A stretch of DNA of 32,000 nt from Geotalea uraniireducens Rf4. Lineage in GTDB: Bacteria > Desulfobacterota > Desulfuromonadia > Geobacterales > Geobacteraceae. Positions 14,285-21,549 of the stretch are shown one piece after another. The stretch is from contig NC_009483.1 of assembly GCF_000016745.1 (NCBI RefSeq), forward strand, positions 3,870,001 to 3,902,000. Reading direction: 5' to 3'. How positions within the stretch are numbered: position 1 is the first letter of the stretch; each line of letters starts with the position of its first letter. A model generated the notes under the pieces. The model had not been told where the DNA came from and searched no databases. It saw nothing but the letters and a program-made list of their open reading frames with translations. Position numbers and translations under genes: made by a program.

Positions 14285-16099
14285 TTACATTTTGCGGGCA
14301 ACCCTTTTGGCGGCCGGCAGGACCGGGCTCACCACCGGAGATGACCATGTAGGCGTGAAATTGGCATTGATTGCATCGAATGCGATTTTGTTGAAGTTGA
14401 GACCGCCGTCCATCCTCGGCACGTTGGCGTACTCCACACTCCCCTGCTTGACCGCGCCGTTGACAGAGGCGAAGATCACCCCCCTGGACGGGTTGTCATA
14501 CATGTACTGGGCCTTGTAGGCGAACGGCACGTCGAGGACGAACACCTGGTAGCCGGCCACCGGCTCGACGATCTTCCAGGCACCGGTTATGGCCAGCAAC
14601 TGTTGCTGTTGACCGACATAGAACTGGGCTGCGCCGCTGGTGCCTGTGCCGGTGAACTTCACGGAGAAATCCCTGCCGATATAAAGCCCCATCCCTGTGC
14701 CCCCTACGGCAAAAGTGGAAGGCATGTCCGACACGGTTTTAATCGCCATCAGCGAAGTGTTGGAGTCATTGCCCGCCCAGATCGAGTAGCGGTCACTCTT
14801 GGGAACGAAGGTCATTTTATAGGCCTCGGCGCCCGCAGGGAATGCCGCATCGGCATTAAAGGGAGCATTATCCTTGGTGATAAAAGGGCCGATCAACTTG
14901 CCGGCTACGTTGATCTTGCTGACGGTGATTACCTCGCTTTCGCCGCTGGCGGTTATCGTCCAGGTGGCAGTACCGTCGGCGTTAAAGACCAGCGTCCCTG
15001 CCGATGCGTTGTCGTTGGCCAGCTTCCAGCCGTCTTTGGAGAGGACGTAACTGTTGTCGTTCCTGGTGACGACAGCCCAGGTCGGGTTGAGGGCGGTGTA
15101 GACGAAATAATCCTCGGTCAGCGCATAACCGCTGGCGCCAAGCGCGCCCAGTTTTACCACCCCGTATTCATAATAGACGGACTGCATGTTGTCGTTCCGC
15201 CGGTCTATCCAGAAAAAGCCGTCGGTGCCGAGGGCCGTCTGGAAAGAGCTGACCGCAGCCGGGGCGCTGGCCTGTGTGAGGTTCTGCTGCAAGGTGGTGG
15301 AATTGGTCGTGTCGACGTTGACCGTAGTCGTAGCGATGGTAGCCGCATTAAAATTCGATGTCGATGTCGTGTCCACCGTATTGGCAATGGTGGTCAGCTG
15401 ATTGACGACTTCGGCAACGATTACCTTGATAACGTCATTCAGATTGGCGGTCGGTGCCGCTGCCTTAATCGCAGTCATGTTGTTGCCGATGGCGGTCGCC
15501 ACCACCTGGGCGACCTTGCTCACCTTGTCGTAGTCGGCACTGGCCCCTTTCTTCTGGACGAAATCCTCAAACAGGCTTGTCGCTGTGGCTACCCCGAGGT
15601 TGGACTTTACAACAGCTTCAGCTTCTGCGACTTTCAAGACCGGGTTTGTTTCGATCTGGTTGTGAATGAGCGTGGTAAGCGGGGTAATGACCACCTTGCC
15701 TTCGGGGTTTTTGGGTGCATCCGGGGGGGTTGAAAGTATATACTTGTCCGCCACCGGAGTGCTGGTATTCCCCTCATGGTTGATGGTGACGGTTTTTTCC
15801 GCAATGACTACAATCGCGTGTGCTTTCAAATCTGCAGCAGTAACGTTTTCCAGTGTGTAAGTTCCGTCAGCCTTGGTAACGGCAGTCGGCTCCCCCGCAG
15901 TTAACTGCTTATCATCGTTCAGATCCAGGAATACCGTGGCCTTTTCCAGGTAACCATCAGCAACCACGCCACTGACGGAGGTGGATCCGCCACTGACGCC
16001 GCCACTGACGCCTCCTCCTCCGCCGCAACCTGCAACAGCAAACGTACCGAGTGCCGCCACCATACAAAAAACCTTTCTCAATGTGCAACGATCAATCAT
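14285..16099 (-). CDS. large lipoprotein, unknown function
   Basis: ATG 16099 follows AAGGGGG. Lipobox FAVAG-C followed by a GGGGGVSGGVSGGS linker. Thr/Ala/Val-rich, no catalytic motif recognised. Confidence 0.75.
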   Translation of the reverse strand: MIDRCTLRKVFCMVAALGTFAVAGCGGGGGVSGGVSGGSTSVSGVVADGYLEKATVFLDLNDDKQLTAGEPTAVTKADGTYTLENVTAADLKAHAIVVIAEKTVTINHEGNTSTPVADKYILSTPPDAPKNPEGKVVITPLTTLIHNQIETNPVLKVAEAEAVVKSNLGVATATSLFEDFVQKKGASADYDKVSKVAQVVATAIGNNMTAIKAAAPTANLNDVIKVIVAEVVNQLTTIANTVDTTSTSNFNAATIATTTVNVDTTNSTTLQQNLTQASAPAAVSSFQTALGTDGFFWIDRRNDNMQSVYYEYGVVKLGALGASGYALTEDYFVYTALNPTWAVVTRNDNSYVLSKDGWKLANDNASAGTLVFNADGTATWTITASGESEVITVSKINVAGKLIGPFITKDNAPFNADAAFPAGAEAYKMTFVPKSDRYSIWAGNDSNTSLMAIKTVSDMPSTFAVGGTGMGLYIGRDFSVKFTGTGTSGAAQFYVGQQQQLLAITGAWKIVEPVAGYQVFVLDVPFAYKAQYMYDNPSRGVIFASVNGAVKQGSVEYANVPRMDGGLNFNKIAFDAINANFTPTWSSPVVSPVLPAAKRVARKM

Positions 16100-16200
16100 A
16101 AAGCCCCCTTTTACGTGTGTTTTCAAGACTGTCGCCTTGAATGCGTACTGCCTGATTTTTGCCGATCGGCAATCTTTTCCGGTATCGGCAAATAAAAGTA

Positions 16201-16229
16201 TTTATCGGCAGGGGGCAAGGAAACTTGAA
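16201..16229 (-). promoter_or_regulatory. candidate sigma70 promoter for the lipoprotein gene
   Basis: On the minus strand: TTCAAG (16229-16224), N17, GATAAA (16206-16201). It has the same architecture (N17 ending in CTGCC, then GATAAW) as the candidate promoter at 19966-19994. Confidence 0.35.
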
Positions 16230-16277
16230 CTTTCTTTTCGCCGGGTTCAGCACGGCGAAGTAACGGATCGGTTTTCA

Positions 16278-16389
16278 GGAGCGTGGGCATCCGGCCCGTG
16301 TTTCGGGCGGGTTTATGCCCGAATCGGTTTGCTTGTAACCAATTCAAGCGATACATCCGCTTGAAACGCAGGCACGATGCCCGCGCTCC
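16278..16389. repeat. conserved multi-helix core, copy 2 of 2
   Basis: Collinear with 12765-12881: same GGAGCG/CGCTCC closing stem and an identical TTCAAGCGATACATCCGCTTGAA hairpin. The hairpin TTCGGGC-gggtttat-GCCCGAA (16302-16323) carries a G:C where copy 1 has A:T. Confidence 0.5.
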
Positions 16390-16485
16390 GGGATATGCCG
16401 AATTTAAATAAGGAAATAGCGAGGGAATAGCGTATTAACAGAGGGGAAGACAGGATAGAGGAACAGCGGGGTGGAATCGTCTCCG

Positions 16486-16926
16486 TCACAGGAGTACGAT
16501 TAAAATCACCCCGCCGCTGAAAACCGACAAATTGCAGACAGCAGAAACGCCATGCAGCTTCGAGAATTCCTTGCGCAACGGATGGTCCTTCGGCGTGGTT
16601 TCAAAGGAGGGGATATCTCTTTTAAGCTGCGCCAGATGCGGCTCAAGGTAAAATGCGTCGAACGAGGTGAGAAGCAGCATGACGATGACAATGACGAGCG
16701 CCGGGATAAAATTCTTCCCCCGCACCGCAATGAGTGCGGCGAGGGCCACAACGCCGCAGGCAAGCCCCCAGCGGAAATAGGCAGGGAAGACCTCCCCGAC
16801 GATGCGGCCGGCCAGATCCCTGCCGAATGATTTGAAGATTATGGGCGTTAAGATAAAGGTGAAAATTCCGATGCCGCCGACCCATAAGGCCACGGCCAGG
16901 CGGTAGATGATCGTGAGAATCTGCAT
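16486..16926 (-). CDS. DUF4149-like membrane protein
   Basis: ATG 16926 follows AGGAG. Four TM helices with an N-terminal LAVALWVGGIGIFTFILTPIIF pattern. Confidence 0.7.
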   Translation of the reverse strand: MQILTIIYRLAVALWVGGIGIFTFILTPIIFKSFGRDLAGRIVGEVFPAYFRWGLACGVVALAALIAVRGKNFIPALVIVIVMLLLTSFDAFYLEPHLAQLKRDIPSFETTPKDHPLRKEFSKLHGVSAVCNLSVFSGGVILIVLL

Positions 16927-16964
16927 GATGGGCTCCTGTTCCGTAGGGGGACCGCAAGGCCCCC

Positions 16965-17831
16965 TTAAATTTCTCCCAACGCGAAGGTATCGATAATCCA
17001 CCGGGCGATACTCCGCGATGCCGGCAGTGCCGCAGGCATCGCATCCCTGCAGAACCAGCGGGCATCCTCCAGCTCTTCCCGGTCAACCGTTATCTCCCCC
17101 CCGGCGTAGTCGGCGACAAAACCGGCCATGAGCTGGCTGGGAAACGGCCAGTTCTGGCTTCCCACGTAGCGGAGATTCTTTACTTCGATGCCGGTCTCCT
17201 CCTTCACTTCCCGATGAACGCACTCTTCCAGCGATTCGCCGAAATCGAGGAAACCCGCCACCAGGCCGTATCTCCCTTCCGGCCAGATGCTCTTTCTCGC
17301 CAGAAGAAACTCGTCGCCACGTTTTACCAAAACGATAATGCAGGGATGAATGTGGGGGTAGTGCTCATGTCGGCATGATTTGCACCGTTTTCCCCACGTG
17401 CGTGGAATGCGCTCGTGCTCGCCGCCGCAGCGGGAACAGATTGCGCTGTTCCTCTCCCAATAGATGATCTGGTGCGCCAGGCCGCCGAGGGTTAGAATCC
17501 GGTCACCGAGGCGATCTTCCACTGCATTGAACGGCTCCGCAACAAAAGAGGGGGGAAGCTGCTGGTCCTTGCCCGCGACAACCGTGTAAATCGGCTTCCC
17601 CTGCCATAAACCGAAACAGAGCGGTTCAGCTTTCAACTCAAACCAATGGGGGAGGTCGCCTTCGTAAAGGGTAAATTGTTCACCGTCTGCCTTTACCACC
17701 ATCGCATTTCCCTGGAGAATGACCCAATACCCTGGACCGTCAGGGATGCGTTCTCCGGGTCTGATCGGCGTAAAACCGTTCTTCACGATTTCAGCGTTAA
17801 AAGGTAGATTGACCGCATCAGGATATTTCAT
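16965..17831 (-). CDS. nudC: NAD+ diphosphatase (NADH pyrophosphatase)
   Basis: Zinc ribbon CSRCGGEH...CKSCRHEHYP followed by the Nudix box GFLDFGESLEECVHREVKEETGI. Confidence 0.85.
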   Translation of the reverse strand: MKYPDAVNLPFNAEIVKNGFTPIRPGERIPDGPGYWVILQGNAMVVKADGEQFTLYEGDLPHWFELKAEPLCFGLWQGKPIYTVVAGKDQQLPPSFVAEPFNAVEDRLGDRILTLGGLAHQIIYWERNSAICSRCGGEHERIPRTWGKRCKSCRHEHYPHIHPCIIVLVKRGDEFLLARKSIWPEGRYGLVAGFLDFGESLEECVHREVKEETGIEVKNLRYVGSQNWPFPSQLMAGFVADYAGGEITVDREELEDARWFCRDAMPAALPASRSIARWIIDTFALGEI

Positions 17832-17864
17832 ACCGCCTCCATCCGTTGTTTATGAACGGATAAC

Positions 17865-17893
17865 AGCATACCCCTGAATTCCATTCTCTGCAA
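17865..17893 (-). promoter_or_regulatory. candidate sigma70 promoter for nudC
   Basis: On the minus strand: TTGCAG (17893-17888), N17, TATGCT (17870-17865). Confidence 0.35.
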
Positions 17894-17929
17894 TGACCTG
17901 ATCGCGACCTTAACAAAAAAAGGGAAAAC

Positions 17930-18098
17930 CTAGGAGCCTGTCGGACTTAGGACTGAATCTACTGCGAGAATGGCAAATCGGTCCATATCTCCGTAAATTT
18001 TCGCCGAATAGGTCCACTATTAGCTCTCAAATTTCCGGAAATCTGTCCTCGATTTTCCATTCTCTCGCTACGATTCCCTAAGTCCGACAGGCTCCTAG
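17930..18098. mobile_element. 169-bp palindromic MITE, copy 1
   Basis: Perfect 22-nt TIRs: CTAGGAGCCTGTCGGACTTAGG / CCTAAGTCCGACAGGCTCCTAG. Equals the reverse complement of 21164-21332 with 2 mismatches. Ends 3 nt from the GGDEF stop codon. Confidence 0.85.
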
Positions 18099-18101
18099 CG
18101 A

Positions 18102-19913
18102 TCAAAAATGTTCGTCTGTCCACATATCCCCGGTAAAGCGCATGACCTTGTTTCTCCCCGCCTCCTTTGCCTTGTAGAGGGCAACATCGGCATATTTGAT
18201 CGAGTGCCAGAAAGTTTCGCTATCGGCTGGAAATTCGCTGACGCCGAGACTGATGGTTTTTTGAATGACCCCTTCCGGGATTTTTATCCTGGCATTCTGC
18301 ACGTTCACCCTGATTTTCTCTGCCACGTTAAGAGCATCACCCGCCCCGATATCGAAGAGAACAACGAGGAATTCTTCTCCGCCGAACCTGACGACAATGT
18401 CTGCTTCCCGCACGCTGGTCCTGATGATGCTCGCGGTTTCCCTGAGGACGATGTCCCCGACATTATGCCCATAGGCATCGTTCACCTGCTTGAAATAATC
18501 CAGATCACACATGATAAGGCCGACAAGGGTTCTCCGTCTCTTGGCCCCGGCAACCAGCTTCTCCGTGTATTCCTGAAGGAAACGCCGGTTATGAAGTCCG
18601 GTCAACGGGTCCTTGAGCGACGATTCCCGCAGGGTATTCATGAGCCTTTTGGCCTCGATGACCGACAGGGACTCCTTGATGTACTGTTCAGCCTTGAACA
18701 ACCTCCGCTCGTTTTCCTTCGAATCCGTAAACGTATCGGATTTGTCGAACGCAAACTGCACCACCCCCACAGTTCCCCCGCCGACCGTCATGGGAATGCA
18801 GAAATGCTCCTTGCCGGACGCGACGGAAAATTGCTTGCAAATGCGCGGATAGGTGAGCGATGAAATCGGATGACCGGTCCTCTTTGCCTTGCAAAGATCG
18901 TGGTTGTCGAGGATATCCGCGTTGCAGTAAAGTTCGCCGGTTGCCACAAACGATGGATATACCGGCCGCATCTTGCCCTGACTGCCTGAAATCTCGTATA
19001 TCACGCAGCCGCCCAACCCCAGATCTTCAGTGAACACGCTGCCGAGCCTGAAATAGACATCGTCCAGGGTGTCGTCCTCTTCAATGACCTTTTTAAAGAT
19101 GGTAAGACTGCTGATCGAGTCCATCAGGCCGTTAAATTCGGAGGAAAGGACGCCGATCTCATCGATGGACGAGGTGGCGATCCTTTTACTCAGGTCAACA
19201 TCCCCTTTGCCGCTGGCGATATCCTGCAGACCGCCGATGACGTTTTTCAAAAGCCTGGTTATGCTGATGCCGATGAAGAGGCTGAGGGACAAAATCAGAG
19301 CGGCGAACACCATGGTCCCAATGGCCATGTTCCAGCGGAGTCTTGCCATGTCCTTCTCCACATCATCCACGTAGATGCCGCTGCCGACAATCCATCCCCA
19401 CGGGGCATAGAGCTTCACATAGGAAATTTTTGCAACGGGCAGCCGCTCGCCCGGCTTCGGCCAGAGGTACTCCACGAACCCCGCCCCCTTTTCATTGCAG
19501 ACCCGGACGAATTCCTTAAAGACGAAGGTTCCCCGCGGGTCCCTGTTGTCGCTCAGGTTCGTCCCGTCCAGTTCCGGCCTGGTGGGATGCATGACCATGT
19601 TCGAGGCACGATCGTTGATCCAGAAATATTCCGTTTCTTTGTAGCGGAGTTTCTTGACCTCCAGCGCAGCCCTCTGCCGGGCATCCGCCTCGGTGAGCTG
19701 GCCCGATTTTGCCAGGGCATCGTATCCGGCCAGTATGCCGAATGCCACCTCAACGACATACTTCGTTCCCTCCTTCTTCCCATCCATAATCTTCCGTTCA
19801 ACGAGCGGGAGAAAGTAAAACATCACCACACCGGCAATGACGGCAACACTTACAACCGAGATGGTCATGATTTTAGGCAGGATGGCCCAATGTCTGAATC
19901 TTTTCACCTTCAT
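18102..19913 (-). CDS. diguanylate cyclase (TM-Cache-TM-HAMP-GAF-like-GGDEF)
   Basis: ATG 19913 follows GGAGGAG. Cache-like periplasmic part (YFWINDRASNMVMHP...WGWIVGSGIYVDDV), a HAMP domain, and a GGEEF active site in RFGGEEFLVVL. Confidence 0.85.
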   Translation of the reverse strand: MKVKRFRHWAILPKIMTISVVSVAVIAGVVMFYFLPLVERKIMDGKKEGTKYVVEVAFGILAGYDALAKSGQLTEADARQRAALEVKKLRYKETEYFWINDRASNMVMHPTRPELDGTNLSDNRDPRGTFVFKEFVRVCNEKGAGFVEYLWPKPGERLPVAKISYVKLYAPWGWIVGSGIYVDDVEKDMARLRWNMAIGTMVFAALILSLSLFIGISITRLLKNVIGGLQDIASGKGDVDLSKRIATSSIDEIGVLSSEFNGLMDSISSLTIFKKVIEEDDTLDDVYFRLGSVFTEDLGLGGCVIYEISGSQGKMRPVYPSFVATGELYCNADILDNHDLCKAKRTGHPISSLTYPRICKQFSVASGKEHFCIPMTVGGGTVGVVQFAFDKSDTFTDSKENERRLFKAEQYIKESLSVIEAKRLMNTLRESSLKDPLTGLHNRRFLQEYTEKLVAGAKRRRTLVGLIMCDLDYFKQVNDAYGHNVGDIVLRETASIIRTSVREADIVVRFGGEEFLVVLFDIGAGDALNVAEKIRVNVQNARIKIPEGVIQKTISLGVSEFPADSETFWHSIKYADVALYKAKEAGRNKVMRFTGDMWTDEHF

Positions 19914-19965
19914 TGCTCCTCCATTGAGCAATTCCCCATCATTTTTTTGCACATGTATACAATTT

Positions 19966-19994
19966 ATTATCGGCAGTTTTTTAATCTACTTTAA
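19966..19994 (-). promoter_or_regulatory. candidate sigma70 promoter for the GGDEF gene
   Basis: On the minus strand: TTAAAG (19994-19989), N17, GATAAT (19971-19966). Confidence 0.35.
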
Positions 19995-20052
19995 CGTTTT
20001 TATTCTCACATGAGGGTTCCCCGATGCTTAAATGCGTTTATAAATAATCCAG

Positions 20053-20081
20053 TTGCAAATATTATCGCAAAATGATATTAG
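20053..20081 (+). promoter_or_regulatory. candidate sigma70 promoter for arsR
   Basis: TTGCAA (20053-20058), N17, TATTAG (20076-20081). The spacer contains a weak TATC-N7-GATA dyad. Confidence 0.45.
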
Positions 20082-20109
20082 CATATCCGAATATGACTTA
20101 GGGGTGGTT

Positions 20110-20469
20110 ATGAATATCGAAACAGCAAATGAGTGGGCAGAGACATTAAAGGCCCTCGCTCATCCAACCCGTCTCCAGATCGTCACGGAGTTGCTCGAAG
20201 GCACCAAGTGCGTGACAGACATTCAGGACATTCTGCCCGCATCTCAGTCGAACATCTCCCAGCACCTGACGGTGTTACGGCACGCGAATCTGGTTGATTT
20301 CGCCCAAGACGGTTCGCTGCGCTGCTACTACGTGAGTCGCCCCCGTCTTTTGCAGGGGATTGTTGCCTTGCTGGCTGAAAACGAAGTGATTCTGCGGAAG
20401 AGCAAGCAAGACATTGACCGGGAAAAGCAGCAGGCGGGCAGATCGTGCGGGGTGGCCTGTGGCCATTGA
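20110..20469 (+). CDS. ArsR/SmtB-family transcriptional regulator
   Basis: LKALAHPTRLQIVTELLEGTKCVTDIQDILPASQSNISQHLTVLRHANLV helix-turn-helix. ATG 20110 follows AGGGGTGG. Confidence 0.85.
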   Translation: MNIETANEWAETLKALAHPTRLQIVTELLEGTKCVTDIQDILPASQSNISQHLTVLRHANLVDFAQDGSLRCYYVSRPRLLQGIVALLAENEVILRKSKQDIDREKQQAGRSCGVACGH

Positions 20470-20558
20470 TAAGTCATGCCATTATAAGAAAGCCCGCTGG
20501 TTTTCCCGACGTATGCTGGAGAAAGCCGGAATTCTGTAACGCTTGGGAGGAGCAAAAC

Positions 20559-21137
20559 GTGAAAGTTCGTGACAGCGGCATGCCTGAAGAAGAGATGTGG
20601 TCCGATTTTTTCGACCCGGAAAAGATACTGCGTACCTTTGGTCTTGACCGGGGAGTGAAGGATATCGTGGAGTTCGGCTGCGGTTACGGGACCTTCACCC
20701 TGGCAGCGGCAAAACTGGCGGCAGGGACCGTCCACGCCCTGGACATAGAACCTGAGATGGTGGAAACGGTCCGGGAGAAATGTCGTCAGGCAGGGGTCGA
20801 CAACGTCCATGCTGTCGTGCGCGATTTCGTGGCGGAGGGAACCGGCCTCCAGCATGACTCCATTGATGCGGCGCTCCTTTTCAATATCCTCCACAATGAA
20901 GAACCGTTAGCTCTTATGACGAAAGCTTTCCATATCCTCAAGCCAGGAGGCCGCCTCGCCGTCATACACTGGAACTATGATCCTGCAACGCCTCGCGGCC
21001 CGGCCATGGAAATCCGCCCACGGCCTGAACAGTGCATCGCCTGGGGGCGAATGGCCGGATTCACTTTTGACGAGCGGGAACGATTTGATTTGCCCCCATA
21101 TCATTACGGGCTGTTGTTCAGGAAACCCTTTTCCTGA
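20559..21137 (+). CDS. class I SAM-dependent methyltransferase
   Basis: GTG 20559 lies 6 nt after GGGAGGAG. Motif I is VEFGCGYGTF, followed by ALDIEPEMV and LKPGGRLAV. Confidence 0.8.
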   Translation: MKVRDSGMPEEEMWSDFFDPEKILRTFGLDRGVKDIVEFGCGYGTFTLAAAKLAAGTVHALDIEPEMVETVREKCRQAGVDNVHAVVRDFVAEGTGLQHDSIDAALLFNILHNEEPLALMTKAFHILKPGGRLAVIHWNYDPATPRGPAMEIRPRPEQCIAWGRMAGFTFDERERFDLPPYHYGLLFRKPFS

Positions 21138-21163
21138 TGTGGCAGTAACTGTCCGTGAGACAG

Positions 21164-21332
21164 CTAGGAGCCTGTCGGACTTAGGGAATCGTAGCGAGAG
21201 AATGGAAAATCGAGGACAGATTTCCGGAAATTTGAGAGCTAATAGTGGACCTATTCGTCGAAAATTTACGGAGATATGGACCGATTTGCCATTCTCGCAG
21301 TAGATTCATTCCTAAGTCCGACAGGCTCCTAG
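21164..21332. mobile_element. 169-bp palindromic MITE, copy 2 (inverted relative to copy 1)
   Basis: Same 22-nt TIRs. The interior is the reverse complement of copy 1 except for 2 positions. Starts 26 nt after the methyltransferase stop. Confidence 0.85.
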
Positions 21333-21480
21333 GGCGAACCAATGACCTTCGCGGAATTGCAAGCCTCCTTGCTGGTGTTTGGCCTCGGTGAGCGGGCAAC
21401 GCTCAAGGAGATCAAGATCCGGCATCGGGAATTGCATTTTCAGATGAAATTTTCCGGCCGATTGACCCCGCCGGGCAAAC

Positions 21481-21526
21481 AAAAAAAGAGGGGCGGCGAT
21501 GATCGCCTGCCCCTCGATAATTTTTT
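21481..21526. terminator. bidirectional rho-independent terminator (strong for the MCP gene)
   Basis: A 12-bp stem GAGGGGCGGCGA / TCGCC(T)GCCCCTC at 21488-21515, with an A7 before it and a T6 shortly after. Confidence 0.75.
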
Positions 21527-21549
21527 CCGCACACCGGAAACTCTTTGGA

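Noticed and set aside
16290-16345. A second GEMM-type riboswitch upstream of the lipoprotein gene (minus strand GGGCAUAAACCCGCCCGAAACACGGG)
   Set aside because: It lacks the ACGCAAAGCC junction, the GNRA-capped P1b and the GGGUUACCGA 3' strand seen at 28435-28519. The segment instead belongs to the repeated core shared with 12765-12881.
16123-16356. A 77-aa minus-strand ORF covering the region between the lipoprotein gene and the structured core
   Set aside because: It starts inside the conserved hairpin (ATGTATCGCTTGAA). In the homologous copy at 12765-12881 the same frame hits a stop after 7 codons (ATG TAT CGC TTG AAT AGC CTT TAG). It has no RBS. The conservation is at the nucleotide/structure level, not the protein level.
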